From the NCBI GenBank assembly GCA_963805625.1, contig CAWDVE010000013.1, forward strand, positions 384,001 to 448,000: a stretch of 64,000 nucleotides of DNA. The letters are read 5' to 3'. The number at the start of each line of letters is the position of its first letter. Within the stretch, counting starts at the first letter, position 1. This stretch comes from an uncultured Candidatus Rokubacteria bacterium (GTDB taxonomy: Bacteria > Methylomirabilota > Methylomirabilia > Rokubacteriales > DASRDR01). Below, piece by piece: positions 42,139 to 52,687 of the stretch. Below the pieces are notes generated by a model that was given only the letters and a program-made list of their open reading frames with translations, was not told the origin of the DNA and searched no databases. Position numbers and translations under genes: made by a program.

Positions 42139-42286
42139 GGCGATGGGTCGGGGGCGAGCGGCGATCCGCCCCGGGGCGGGATCGGCTTTGAGAGAAATGG
42201 CGCGTCCTCCGACGTGGAACCGGCTGAGACCGTCGCCCAACGTCAGACGCGCGAGGAAGAACGGCGCGAAGACGGGCTCATTGAAG

Positions 42287-43390
42287 TCATGCGTTGGTGG
42301 CGGACGAAGCCGAGGTCCCGATTCCGCGCCATTGATCCGGTGGTGGCGGGCGGCCACTGCGATTCGCGCTGAGCAGCGATCGTAGTCGCCACACACCAAA
42401 CAGAAACACCGGAAGTGGGAAGAGGGCAAACAGGTACGCACCACCGAAGCCGCGCACGACCACAACGTCCTTGGGGTCCATCGGGGTGAACCAGCACGGC
42501 ACCGTGCTGCCGAGCGCCCATCGCTGCAACTCTTGCTGCGCGTTCGAACCGCTGCCAATTTGAAGCCGCGACCCCGTATCGAAGCCGGTGGAAATCGTCT
42601 CGACGCCGGCGGCCCGGTAGCGCAGCGCCAGCCGCTTGTCGAAGTGGGTGGTCATCCGTGTCGTCGGCGATCGGCCCGTCCCGGTCGTGGTGGTCTCGAT
42701 TCTCACCCTACGGTCGAGCACGGTACAGGTCGTCTCGGGCCACGAGAGGGATCGCCAGTCGCGCCGGGCCATGCTCGCGAAAATGGTCCAGAAACCGAGA
42801 GCGAGAGCCACCGCCAGGACGGCGGCGAGCGGCCCGACGCCTCGCGCGAGGACGCTTGGGACCGCCCGTCCTCGCCACGCGCTCGACGACCTGCGGCTGG
42901 CGTGCATGCGGACGAGAAGCCACAGCATCGGCACCGCCATGACGAATCCGAGCACGATCAGCCCGACCGAAGTGATGCGCACGCCCCCGAGTACGACGCC
43001 ATCGGACGACGGTCGCGTCCCGATTTCGGTCGAGATGCCGTCAAGATAGGACACCTGGGCATAGAAGTCCTGGAGCGCGATTCGCGGGCTGAGCACATGG
43101 CCGCCCGCATCGCGGGGCGCAACCACTCGGAACGAGAAGCTTCGGTCCGCGCCGGCCGGTAGGGCCACGCTGGTCTCGATCGACTTGTTCGCCACATCCA
43201 CCCGTGCCCCGTCGAGCCCGCCGAGGTCAACGAACATGCCTTCGAGCGGGAGCGTCACCCGTAGCTGCGCCGCGACGCTTTCCGCCTCTCCAGTATTGCG
43301 CAGCGTCACCTGGTAACGGACGACATCACCCTCGAGCGGGGCGCTCGGATCGACGGCGATGGTCGAGCGGCTGAAGTCCGGCTTCGGCAC
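42287..43390 (-). CDS. Ig-like (DUF11-like) + DUF3592-like membrane protein
   Basis: GDVVRYQVTLRNTG; TM segments; WPETTC..; G..VPCWF.P.DP. Confidence 0.75.
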   Translation of the reverse strand: MPKPDFSRSTIAVDPSAPLEGDVVRYQVTLRNTGEAESVAAQLRVTLPLEGMFVDLGGLDGARVDVANKSIETSVALPAGADRSFSFRVVAPRDAGGHVLSPRIALQDFYAQVSYLDGISTEIGTRPSSDGVVLGGVRITSVGLIVLGFVMAVPMLWLLVRMHASRRSSSAWRGRAVPSVLARGVGPLAAVLAVALALGFWTIFASMARRDWRSLSWPETTCTVLDRRVRIETTTTGTGRSPTTRMTTHFDKRLALRYRAAGVETISTGFDTGSRLQIGSGSNAQQELQRWALGSTVPCWFTPMDPKDVVVVRGFGGAYLFALFPLPVFLFGVWRLRSLLSANRSGRPPPPDQWRGIGTSASSATNA

Positions 43391-43579
43391 GGCGGTTCTC
43401 CTCAGGCGCGTCGATCATAGCTCAGCACCCGAGCGTTATCGGCTGAGCGCGTCGAGTGCCTCTAACGTGACCGGTTTGGCCAGGAGCGCGTCGAAGCCGA
43501 ACACTCCACGTCTTGAAGGTCAGGGCGACCTGGCGCCCGAGACGGAGCCTCAGCAGGGCCGACGCAGAGGCGATCTTCG

Positions 43580-44242
43580 CTACAGGAGACTGCGAAGACC
43601 GGCGATCGCGCGGTCGCAGGCCGGCGCCACCGCCTCGGCGACGCCTGCCGTCCACAGGGCGGTGACGATCGCCGTGAACACGTCCGCCGTATAATGAGCC
43701 CGCAGGACCAGCACGGCCCCCGCCTCGAACAGGACGATCGCCACGCCCAAGACCGCCAAGCCCTCGCCGCCCAGACGCGCCAGCTCAAGCGCGCCGTAGG
43801 TCGCGATCGCGGTGTGCCCTGAGAAGAACAGGTCGGTGGCGGTCCCGTAGGTCACGAGGAGCGACGGCACGCCCGGACGGCGCCAGATCATCCCCTCGGG
43901 GGGCGCGAACGCGCAGAGCCCCTGACAGAGCTGACGCAGGGCGAAGAGCAGCAGGAGGCCGATGAACGGGCGGAACGTCGGGCCGAAGATCGCCGCGCCG
44001 AGCAGGAAGAGGCCGAGCGCGTCGATCACGAGGGAGCTCGCGATCAGCAGCGCGTCGGCCACGCGCGGGTGCGCGAGGAGGTAGCGGTTCAGCGGCGCCG
44101 TCCACGTGTGCACCACGTCCCCGATGCCGCCAACCGGCCACGGCCGCTGGCCGATGAGGCGCTGCGTCCAGAACCAGAGGCCGAGGCCCACAGCGACGAG
44201 CACCGCGCGGGTCAGCCACAACGCCGGATCGGCGCCGGTCAC
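43580..44242 (-). CDS. sphingomyelin-synthase-like PAP2 phosphotransferase
   Basis: DLFFSGHT and HYTADV match SMS D3/D4 motifs; GTGA overlap with the MFS gene. Confidence 0.8.
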   Translation of the reverse strand: MTGADPALWLTRAVLVAVGLGLWFWTQRLIGQRPWPVGGIGDVVHTWTAPLNRYLLAHPRVADALLIASSLVIDALGLFLLGAAIFGPTFRPFIGLLLLFALRQLCQGLCAFAPPEGMIWRRPGVPSLLVTYGTATDLFFSGHTAIATYGALELARLGGEGLAVLGVAIVLFEAGAVLVLRAHYTADVFTAIVTALWTAGVAEAVAPACDRAIAGLRSLL

Positions 44243-45483
44243 GCGATCCCCATCGCCTGCATGTCGCGCGCGAGCGTCCGGCGGCCGGCGAGCAGCACGA
44301 CACCTGCGAGCGCGAGCATCGCCCCGGTCACGAGGACGGGCACCGTGAGCCCCACGGTGTCCGAGGCGACCCCGATCAGCCACGGAGAGGCGGCGTCGCC
44401 GAGCAGGTGCATGACCATCGTGGTCATTGCGAAGCCGCGCGCCCGGAGGTCCGCCGGCAGGACGTTGGCCATGGCCGCGTTCAGCGGCCCGATGTTCACG
44501 AAGAGGAGCACCAAGGTCACGAACATCGCCGGCCAGAACACGCGTGGCGACGGCGCCAGGATCGCGGGCACGGTGAACGCAAGCGAGGCCGTGAGGGTCC
44601 AGCCGGAGACGAGGAAGTGCGCAGCCGGCGCGCGGCGCGCGAAGGTGTCGCCGAGCCGTCCGCCCACGAGCGTCCCGAGGAAGCCCGCGATCACCAGCAG
44701 CAGGCCGAAGGTCGAGGCCGCGGTCGCCAGCGGAATGCCGCGCTCGCGCACGAAGTACGTCGGCATCCAGGTCGCCAGCCCGCCCATCGCGAACGTGTAG
44801 ATCACCTGAGCGAGGGTGTTGCAGACATAGCTGCGCCGCGCCAGCAGCGCGCGGAGCGACGCTCCGAGCGTCAGAGGCGTGCTCGCCGTCACGCCACCGG
44901 GATCGTACGCGCCGCGCGCCGGCTCGCGGATCGCGAGCAGCAGGAATGCCAGCAGAAGCCCGGGCGCCCCGGCGAGGAAAAAGGCGGAGCGCCAACCGTG
45001 CCGCTCGCCCACGAGCCCGCCGACGATGTACCCGAGCGCCGTGCCGACCGGGATCGCGGCGTAGAAGATCCCCAGCACCCGCGCCCGTCGCTCGGCCGGG
45101 TAGCAGTCCGACAGGAGCGAGGGCGTGACGACGGCGTAGCTCGCCTCGCCCACCCCGACGACGGCGCGTGCCAGCAGAAGCGCCAGGTACGCCGGCGCCA
45201 GCCCGGAGGCCACCGTGGCGGCGCTCCAGACGAAGACCCCGACCGCGGCGAGACGCGTCCGGCTGCCGCGGTCCCCCAGCCAGCCGACGATCGGGCAGAC
45301 GAGCGCGTACGTGACGATGAACACGGACTGCAGCAACCCCCCGGCGGCATCCGAGAGCGCCAGCGAGGCGAGGATCAGCGGCAAGGTCGCCGCCCCCACG
45401 TAGCGATCGACGTAGTTGAGCCCGTTGAGCCCGGTCAGGATCGAGAGGACGACGCCCGGCGAGCTGCGCCAGGAGGGACTCAC
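44239..45483 (-). CDS. MFS transporter, Spinster-like
   Basis: LNYVDR, GVGEASY...PSLLSD, IPVGTALGY, HLLGDA.SP. Confidence 0.9.
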   Translation of the reverse strand: MSPSWRSSPGVVLSILTGLNGLNYVDRYVGAATLPLILASLALSDAAGGLLQSVFIVTYALVCPIVGWLGDRGSRTRLAAVGVFVWSAATVASGLAPAYLALLLARAVVGVGEASYAVVTPSLLSDCYPAERRARVLGIFYAAIPVGTALGYIVGGLVGERHGWRSAFFLAGAPGLLLAFLLLAIREPARGAYDPGGVTASTPLTLGASLRALLARRSYVCNTLAQVIYTFAMGGLATWMPTYFVRERGIPLATAASTFGLLLVIAGFLGTLVGGRLGDTFARRAPAAHFLVSGWTLTASLAFTVPAILAPSPRVFWPAMFVTLVLLFVNIGPLNAAMANVLPADLRARGFAMTTMVMHLLGDAASPWLIGVASDTVGLTVPVLVTGAMLALAGVVLLAGRRTLARDMQAMGIA

Positions 45484-46793
45484 AGCCGCGCCACGTCACG
45501 CGCGAGCGCCTCGCGCTCGGCCACGAGGTCCTCGTGCAGCCGGCGGTCCGCGAGGAAGCGCGCGAATGCGCGCGCCTGCCGCGCCGCTCGCTCGAGTCGG
45601 GCCCGCCAGGCGAGGGCCACGAGCCCCGACGGCACGAGCAGGAAAAGCACCACCGCGAGCCCGAGACTGCCTGCGAGGCGCCAAACGACCCAACCCTCGG
45701 CGGCCCAGAGCATCGGGTAGAGGACGAGTCCGACGGCCATCTTGTCGGTCGCCTCCTCCTCCTCGGTGGCACGGAGCCGCCGGACCACGGCGTCGGTGAG
45801 AACGTACGGGGCCGCGTGCAGGACCATGCCGACGATCGCCAGCGGGAGGCTCACCGCGAGGCGGGCGGCGTTCGTGACCACCCAGCGCAGCACGACGCGG
45901 ACCGTGTAGGGCCGACCGAGCTCGTCGTCCGCGAGGCCGGCCTCCGCCAGCCGCTCGCGATAGCGCTCGAGACGCCCGCGAAACTCAGCGACGCGATCGG
46001 GCGCGCGCGTCGCCAGCTCCCGCGCCGCCTGCATCACGCGGCGGCGCCAGGCAAGCGACTCGGCCGCGGCGGCCGGCACCGGCAGGCCGGCCGACCGTCG
46101 GACCACGCCCTCCAGCACGCCGAGCAGCTCGACGGTCTGCTGGTCTTCCGCCTCGATGATCTCGGCGCGCAGCGCCTGCGTGAGGCGCTCCGTCAGCTGG
46201 CGCACAGCCGCCTCCGGCGCCGCCGCATACTCCGCCAGGCAGTCGTCGATCGCCACCGGCATCCCGATCGCGACGACCGCGGACGCGTCGCGAAACGTCC
46301 CCGGGCGCTCGAAGACGAGCCCGACCGGCAACAGCACGGTGCCGTGCCGCTGGCCGCCCGTCTCCGCGCCGAGCAGGATGCGCGCGGCCCCGGTACGGAG
46401 CGGTAGCAGCGTGGGCCGCGGCTGGGTGCGCCCTTCCGGGAAGATGAGGACGACACCACCCGCGCGCAGGGCGGCGATGACGGTGGCGAACATCGCGTCG
46501 TTCTTCCGGGGGTCGTCCCCCGACTCCGCGCGGCGATGCACGGGCACCGCCCCCATGATCCGGAGGAAGGGGCCGATGAACGGATGACGGAACAGCGGGG
46601 CATTCGCGAGCACGGTCACCCGGCGTGGAAACGTGCCGAGCACCAGCATGGCGTCCACCACGGAGTTGTGGTGGTTGGCCGCCACCAGGAGCGGACCCCG
46701 CAGGGGGATCCGCTCGGCGCCGACGACGTCAACGCGGCGATAGAACAGCCACAGCAGGAGCCGGATGACGCCTCGGACGGCGCGGTAGCCCAT
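45480..46793 (-). CDS. lysophospholipid/glycerol acyltransferase (PlsC-like) with C-terminal TM domain
   Basis: ANHHNSVVD, IFPEG. Confidence 0.88.
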   Translation of the reverse strand: MGYRAVRGVIRLLLWLFYRRVDVVGAERIPLRGPLLVAANHHNSVVDAMLVLGTFPRRVTVLANAPLFRHPFIGPFLRIMGAVPVHRRAESGDDPRKNDAMFATVIAALRAGGVVLIFPEGRTQPRPTLLPLRTGAARILLGAETGGQRHGTVLLPVGLVFERPGTFRDASAVVAIGMPVAIDDCLAEYAAAPEAAVRQLTERLTQALRAEIIEAEDQQTVELLGVLEGVVRRSAGLPVPAAAAESLAWRRRVMQAARELATRAPDRVAEFRGRLERYRERLAEAGLADDELGRPYTVRVVLRWVVTNAARLAVSLPLAIVGMVLHAAPYVLTDAVVRRLRATEEEEATDKMAVGLVLYPMLWAAEGWVVWRLAGSLGLAVVLFLLVPSGLVALAWRARLERAARQARAFARFLADRRLHEDLVAEREALARDVARL

Positions 46794-47096
46794 GGCGCTC
46801 CGCCCATCCTAGCATCGCGGATACGCGCGACCGCGACGATCCGTCACGCCGCGCACCGTTCCCGGTGAATCACGACGGTCTCAGGGCAGTGCTCGAGCTC
46901 GACTAGGCATCGCGGCCATAGCCGGCCCCCGTCGAGTGTGCGCTCAGCGAGGGGCGGAGGCGCCTGCCTTCTCCCACGCGGTGATCTCCTCCTCCGCGAT
47001 GTGGAAGCCGAGGAGCGCCAACAGCGACGCGATCCGTTCGCGGTCGTCGGCGGCGTCGGTCAGATCGGCACGTCGAGACCGAGTCGGTGTCAGCCG

Positions 47097-48299
47097 TCAG
47101 CCGACCAGGAGCGCGCGAATGCGAGCGGCGATGACCCGCTCGTCCCCGGGCCGGAGCCCGTTTGGATCCACCAGCAGGATGCCGCGGGACGTCTCGCGCT
47201 CGCTGAGGTGGACGGGCGGCTCTCCCTGCTGGAGCGCCCGGCTGAGCGCCACAGCGCTTCGCCCCATGGTCGCCTCGTCGAACACCAGCTCGAGGAGCGG
47301 GGCCCGGCCGGTCTCTCGGGCGGGGCGCACCCGCGCTCGGACGTGCGGGACGCCGACCAGGTCGTCGGCCAGCGCTGCCAGCCGGGATTCGCTCTCCGCC
47401 AGCTCGGCGTCCACGTCCAGGGTGGCGAAGCGCTCGAGGGCCACCAGGAGCCCGACGATCTCCTCCTTGCCCGCCTTGAACCCGCGCCCGAGGCCATGGT
47501 GCGGGATGCCGCGCAGAGCCGCCCGCGGGATCAGACTCTCCGGGGGATCCCAGGTCTCGGGGGCGACGTCCATGTCGAGCTGCTGGAGCGCCGCCGCCGC
47601 GATCAGTGGCTGGCGCCCGGACAGGATGCCGGTGCTCTGCGGCCCCCGGATGGCCTTGCCGCCGCTGAAGGCGACGAGCGCGGCCCCCTCGCTGATGAAG
47701 CGGCGGAGGTTGCTGACCGGCGGGAGCTGGGCAGCGGCATCGACGATCACGGGCAGACCGTGTCGCGCGGCCAGCGCGGTGACCAGGCGCAGCGGCGGGT
47801 CGTCCGCCGGCGTGGCCGTGTACGCGATCGCCACCACCTCGGGCGTGATCGCGGCCTCCAGCTCCCACTCCTCCACGCCCCGCACCCCCGCCCCCATCCC
47901 GCGGTCGTTGAAGCCGACCTCGCGGATCCGCGCACCGGCCGCCCGGATCGCGTGGTCGTACCCCGTGCGGTGGGTCCGGCACATCAGCACCTGGTTCGGC
48001 ATGCCGTCCGTGTCCGGCAGGCGGTCCATGCGGGCGGCGTCGAGTCCGGTCAGACAGGCGGCCGTGGCGAGCGTGAGGGCCGCCGCCGCGCCGGTGGTGA
48101 CGAGCCCCGCCTCGGCGCCGGTATGCGCGGCGATCACCGCGCTCGCGGCCGCCTGGAGCTCCGCGATGTCCACGAAGCTCCCGGCCGCCTCGCGCATCGC
48201 GTCCAGCACCTCGGAGGGGATCAGGCTGCCCCCGAGCCGCGTGACCAGACCGGCGCCGTTGATGCGCGTCCGGATGCCGAGCTGCCGGTAGACGTCCAT
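47097..48299 (-). CDS. SelA-like / DgaE-family PLP-dependent enzyme
   Basis: INGAG..TRLGGS, IVDAAA, FSGGK, GRGFK..KEEI. Confidence 0.85.
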   Translation of the reverse strand: MDVYRQLGIRTRINGAGLVTRLGGSLIPSEVLDAMREAAGSFVDIAELQAAASAVIAAHTGAEAGLVTTGAAAALTLATAACLTGLDAARMDRLPDTDGMPNQVLMCRTHRTGYDHAIRAAGARIREVGFNDRGMGAGVRGVEEWELEAAITPEVVAIAYTATPADDPPLRLVTALAARHGLPVIVDAAAQLPPVSNLRRFISEGAALVAFSGGKAIRGPQSTGILSGRQPLIAAAALQQLDMDVAPETWDPPESLIPRAALRGIPHHGLGRGFKAGKEEIVGLLVALERFATLDVDAELAESESRLAALADDLVGVPHVRARVRPARETGRAPLLELVFDEATMGRSAVALSRALQQGEPPVHLSERETSRGILLVDPNGLRPGDERVIAARIRALLVG

Positions 48300-48572
48300 G
48301 CAGCTACTCGATCTGACACCTGTCGTGTCGGCCGCGCCGAACCAGGACCGCGTCAGCGCAGCGCGTCAGACAGGGCTCTCGTATCACCGGGCCGTCCGTC
48401 TGTCTCCTGGAGCATCGTCGCTGCGTACACCCGCCGCCCACAGGTCCGAGCATCTCGTGATGCCCGTCGCGCGCCCGCACGCCGCCGAACGCCTTCACGA
48501 CGTCAGGCGCAGCGAGCGCCAGAAGGCGGATCGGCGGGCTGGCGCCGCGACGCCCCGGGGCGGGCCGGTGCG

Positions 48573-49889
48573 TCATCGGAGCGCGTGGAGCGCTCGGTCC
48601 AGCACGACCGCGATCTCTTCGACCTCCCGCTCCGTCATCGGCGTGGACAGGCAGCCGAGGCCGTTCGTGTTGACGACCACGCCCGCGTCCAGCAGGGCGT
48701 GGCACAGGCGGTCGGCCCGCGCCCCCGCCTCGGGGTCCACGTCGCGGTAGTTCCGGAGCGGCCGGCCGGACAGGACGATCTGGAACAGCGACGCGGCGCC
48801 CGTCACCTGCCCCGCGACCCCGTTCGCCCGGAGCACCTCGGCGAGCCGCGCCCGGAGCCGCGTCCCAAGCGTTTCCAGCCGCTCGAACTCCGGCTCCGTC
48901 ATCGCGTGCATCGCCGCGAGCCCGGCCGCCATCGTCACCGGGTTCCCGCTGAACGTCCCGCCGGACAGGATCCGCGGGCCGCTCGTGCCGGGATCGAACA
49001 CGTTCATCACCCCCGTGCGGCCGCCGGTCGCGCCGACCGGGAAGCCGCCGCCCATGATCTTCCCGAGCACGGTGAGGTCGGGGTCCCCCCCGTACCGCCC
49101 CTGCGCGCCCCGATATCCGACCCGGAACGAGATGACTTCATCGAAGATGAGGAGGATGCCGTGGCGGCGGGTCACGTCGCGGAGGAAAGCGAGGAACCCG
49201 TCGGCGGGCGGGATGAACCCCATCTGGTTGGCGAGCGGGTCCACGATCACGGCGGCGAGCTCGGTGCGATGACGCTCGATCAAACGCTCGCAGGCATCGC
49301 GGTCGTTCCAGGGCAGGACGAGCGTCTCCAGCACGCGGTGCTTCGGGATGCCGCCGGAAGACGGCACGCTGGCGGGCGCCTCGTCCGGCCCCCAGTTCTC
49401 GGGCCTCGAGTTGAAGCTCACCTGGACGTCATCGTAGTAGCCGTGGTAGGCGCCCTCGAACTTCGCAATCCGGTCCCGTCCCGTATAGGCGCGCGCGGCC
49501 TTGATGGCCATCATGACGGACTCGGTACCGGAGTTGCCGAACCGGATCCGCTCGAGGCCCGCGACCCGCTCGCACAAGAGCTCGGCGAGCGCGACCTCCT
49601 CCGGCGTGGAGCTCGCGAAGGCGCTCCCGCGCGCCAGCTGACGCGTGACCGCCTCCACGATCGGGCGGAACCCGTGGCCATGGATCAGGGCCGTGAAGTT
49701 GTTCAGCGCGTCGAGCCGCCCGATGCCGTCCACGTCCGTCACGCGACAGCCCGCGCCGGAGGCGACATAGCACGGGTGCGGCCGGATGCGCATGTTCGCC
49801 TTCGAGGTGCCGCCGGGGATGACCTTCCGGGCGCGCTCGAAGAGCCGGGCGGATGCCGAGCGGTCATCGTGTCCCTTCGTCACCTGCAT
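48573..49889 (-). CDS. class III aminotransferase (glutamate-1-semialdehyde aminomutase-like)
   Basis: NSGTE, FEGAYHG, LIFDEV, GKIMGGGFP, GTFSGNP. Confidence 0.9.
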   Translation of the reverse strand: MQVTKGHDDRSASARLFERARKVIPGGTSKANMRIRPHPCYVASGAGCRVTDVDGIGRLDALNNFTALIHGHGFRPIVEAVTRQLARGSAFASSTPEEVALAELLCERVAGLERIRFGNSGTESVMMAIKAARAYTGRDRIAKFEGAYHGYYDDVQVSFNSRPENWGPDEAPASVPSSGGIPKHRVLETLVLPWNDRDACERLIERHRTELAAVIVDPLANQMGFIPPADGFLAFLRDVTRRHGILLIFDEVISFRVGYRGAQGRYGGDPDLTVLGKIMGGGFPVGATGGRTGVMNVFDPGTSGPRILSGGTFSGNPVTMAAGLAAMHAMTEPEFERLETLGTRLRARLAEVLRANGVAGQVTGAASLFQIVLSGRPLRNYRDVDPEAGARADRLCHALLDAGVVVNTNGLGCLSTPMTEREVEEIAVVLDRALHALR

Positions 49890-50234
49890 CTCCTCCCTGG
49901 GCCGGCGCGTTCCGACGGGTCGCACGGCACGCCGGGCCGGCCGCGCGTCGCGGCCCCACTGTACCACCGTGGCGGCTCGCCCGAGGGCACGGCAGGCGCT
50001 CGCGAACGCAGCCGAGCCTCCCGCCCCTGTGATTCAGGCCAAACCCTGGGGCGGAAGGGGACGGGGACGGCTCCAGAATCTCGTCGTAGAAGCCGGACAA
50101 ACGGGTACTTCGGCGGCCTAGAATCGCGTCGAGATGGCCAGGCCGGGCCTCGGTATGGGGACGCGTGGAGAACGGTCCCAAAGTGGGCAGTTGTCTGCTA
50201 CCCTGACCGCGCTCCAGCAAGGGAGCCGCATGCA

Positions 50235-50447
50235 ATGAAGTGTCCCCGGCAGCACGAGACCGCCCCAACGATGAAGTTCTGCGGGGAGTGCGGCACGCCC
50301 CTCACAGCGGCCTTGGCAAGCTGTACCCGCGCACCGGCGACCACGCGAAGGCCGAGGAGCACTTGCCTACCACGACGGCGATGTACCGTGGGCATGAGCT
50401 TCTGGCTGGCGAAGGCGGACACGGTTGGCGCCGGAGGGGACCCATGA
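50235..50447 (+). pseudogene. collapsed adenylate cyclase/AAA/TPR gene (only N- and C-termini remain)
   Basis: MKCPR..MKFCGECGTPL joined to GLGKLY.RTG...A.EHL..MYR..FWL. Confidence 0.65.
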
Positions 50448-51430
50448 CGCCAGTTGCAACGGTCGGCCTCCTGGTCCTGGCCCTCCTCGCCGCGCCGCTC
50501 GCCGCCGAGGGGCAGCCAGCCGACAAGGTCTATCGGATCGGGGTGCTCAGGGCCGGAGCTCCCGCGATCCCCTCCAGGCCATCCTTGTCGCTCGACGGCT
50601 TCCGAGAACGTCTGCGCGAGCTGGGGTACGTAGAGGGGCGAAACGTCGCGATCGAGTACCGGTGGGCGGGAACGCCAGATCTGTTTCTGGACCTTGCCGC
50701 TGAGCTCGTGCGCCTCAAGGTCGACGTCATCGTCGCCGGATCTTTCCCGGGGGCTCGGGCTGCCAAGGAAACGACGAGCACGATTCCTATCGTGACGATC
50801 AGTGCGGATCCCGTCGGGACCGGTCTCGTGGCAAGCCTGGCACGGCCGGGCGGCAATGTGACCGGATTCTCCTACATGACGCCCGAGTTGAGCGGAAAAC
50901 GCCTCGAACTCCTGAAGGCGACGGTTCCCGGGCTCACCCGAGTGGCCATGCTCTGGAACCCGGCTAACTCACACGAAGTGCTGGCGTTCAAGGAACTGGA
51001 ACTTGCAGCTCGGCCGTTGGGAGTGACCCTTCAGCCGGTCGAGGTGCGAGCAGCCCATCAGTTCGAGTCCGCATTCTCGGCGCTGATGCAGGGACACGCC
51101 GACGCGCTCATCGTCTTCGAGAACGTCGTCAACATTACTCAGCGACGGCTCATTATCGACTTTGCGGCGAAGAGTCGGTTGCCGGCGATGTATGAGCGCA
51201 GGGAGTTCGTGGATGACGGGGGGCTGATCGCCTACGGGCCCAGCGTCCCCGAGATGTACCGTCGAGCCGCGGTCTACGTGGACAGGATTTTCAAAGGGGC
51301 CAAGCCCGCCGACCTGCCTATTGAGCAACCCACGAAGTTCGAGTTCGTCATCAACCTCAAGACCGCGAAGACGCTCGGCCTTACGATCCCACCTTCGGTG
51401 CTCGCGCGGGCGGATGAGGTCATCCAGTAA
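50444..51430 (+). CDS. ABC transporter substrate-binding protein
   Basis: GYVEGRN, SLARPGGNVTG, PADLPIEQPTKFE.VINLKTA. Confidence 0.92.
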   Translation: MTPVATVGLLVLALLAAPLAAEGQPADKVYRIGVLRAGAPAIPSRPSLSLDGFRERLRELGYVEGRNVAIEYRWAGTPDLFLDLAAELVRLKVDVIVAGSFPGARAAKETTSTIPIVTISADPVGTGLVASLARPGGNVTGFSYMTPELSGKRLELLKATVPGLTRVAMLWNPANSHEVLAFKELELAARPLGVTLQPVEVRAAHQFESAFSALMQGHADALIVFENVVNITQRRLIIDFAAKSRLPAMYERREFVDDGGLIAYGPSVPEMYRRAAVYVDRIFKGAKPADLPIEQPTKFEFVINLKTAKTLGLTIPPSVLARADEVIQ

Positions 51431-51751
51431 ATGCTTAACGGGGGCGAGTTGCCACGGTGGATCATCATCGTGCGGCGTGACAAACCTGGGCTCTACGAGC
51501 ACCTACGCGAGAGCTACGAGGGAGATGCCAGGGTAGAGGTGATCTTGGACCGGCGACTGGCGGCCTCGACGGAGATGCCTGCCGAGGCGAATGCGCGACG
51601 AGCGGAGCGCAGAATTCGCGACCGGCGCGCTGCTGCGCAAGGCGATCGGCGCCAGGCGGCGCGACGTCAGCCGCTCGCACTCTCGCAGCATGACTTCTGG
51701 GTCACCGAGGGGTTCTTCATGGTCCGACGTGTAACCGATACGTCGGCATGA
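51431..51751 (+). CDS. hypothetical protein
   Basis: IIVRRD...VEVILDRR...ERR...W..EGF pattern. Confidence 0.65.
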   Translation: MLNGGELPRWIIIVRRDKPGLYEHLRESYEGDARVEVILDRRLAASTEMPAEANARRAERRIRDRRAAAQGDRRQAARRQPLALSQHDFWVTEGFFMVRRVTDTSA

Positions 51752-52019
51752 CCCCGCCCATCTGGCTCGATGCTGCCGGCCGCCCGAGGCCGACGCGGGC
51801 CTGCTGGACCTGTGGCCGCGAGGTGGCCCCGATGCGGTTCCGGACCCGTGACCTTCGCCCGCACGGCTGGACGCCCCCGCAAACCCTCCACGTCCCGGAC
51901 TGGTGCGGCTGCACGCGAGGCCCCCAGGGTATCGCGCTTCCTGTTCCCGTCGAGAGCCCGGCTGGCGCCCAACGGCCGACGTGTTTAGTTTGTCGAAGAA
52001 CGAGGCGGCGTGCGAGGCA

Positions 52020-52406
52020 TCAGGTGTCTCCTCTCGTGGGGGACAGCGCCTGGAGCACGGCGGCCTTGAGCGTCTCCAAGCGAAAGGGCTTGGCGATGAC
52101 CGGCACGCGCCATCCGCTCGCCCGTCGCATCACGGCCGGGTCATCGTAGGCCGTGACGAGGAGGATGGGCATGGTCGGGGCGCGGTGCCGGATGGCCTCG
52201 ATGACGTCCCAGCCGCTCACGTCGGGCATGGCGATGTCGGTGAGCACGAGATCCCAGCCGCCCTCGTCGAAGCGAGCGAGTCCACTCCGGCCATCCGCCG
52301 CGGTCTCGCAAGCATACCCGAACTCCTCGAGGAGGTAGCGGATGACCATCCGGACGCTCGGATCGTCGTCGATCACGAGTACCCGGGACGGATGCGCTCG
52401 CTCCAT
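52020..52406 (-). CDS. single-domain response regulator
   Basis: VLVIDDD, TDIAMP, KPF. Confidence 0.88.
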   Translation of the reverse strand: MERAHPSRVLVIDDDPSVRMVIRYLLEEFGYACETAADGRSGLARFDEGGWDLVLTDIAMPDVSGWDVIEAIRHRAPTMPILLVTAYDDPAVMRRASGWRVPVIAKPFRLETLKAAVLQALSPTRGDT

Positions 52407-52657
52407 GGAGTCGGAGCAGCCGATGCAAGCCATGCCAACGGCCGAGACGGGCCCGCCCCGAGCCTTTGGCCCGCCCAGGGGCGCCAGGGCATGGCAAAAA
52501 TCGTCACCAGGGGAATCGCGCCATGGCCCCTTGGGCGGTCCGCTTCGCCGGCTCCAGCGGCTCCAGCGCCCGTGTCTGTGAGCCTCCGCTGGCGCCCACT
52601 CCCGGCTCGCGGTAGGGTCGGCGGGATGGCGGCTGCGTGCTAAGGCAGCGTCCACCC

Positions 52658-52687
52658 TTGACAGGACACTTAACGGATAGTTAAGTT
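52658..52687 (+). promoter_or_regulatory. promoter (TTGACA) with palindrome ACTTAAC-N5-GTTAAGT
   Basis: Read directly, immediately before the XRE gene. Confidence 0.6.

Noticed and set aside
44243-45772. Long N-terminal extension of the 730-aa ORF 43580..45772
   Set aside because: Out-of-frame overlap with the MFS gene; the real gene starts at about 44242.
47097-48299. SelA-like gene as support for selenocysteine use
   Set aside because: It is short, lacks the N-terminal tRNA-binding extension and looks like the DgaE/SelA-like family; no selB or selC is in the window, so it is not counted as evidence.
46938-50447. 1169-aa plus-strand ORF
   Set aside because: Antisense shadow of two PLP-enzyme genes in high-GC DNA.
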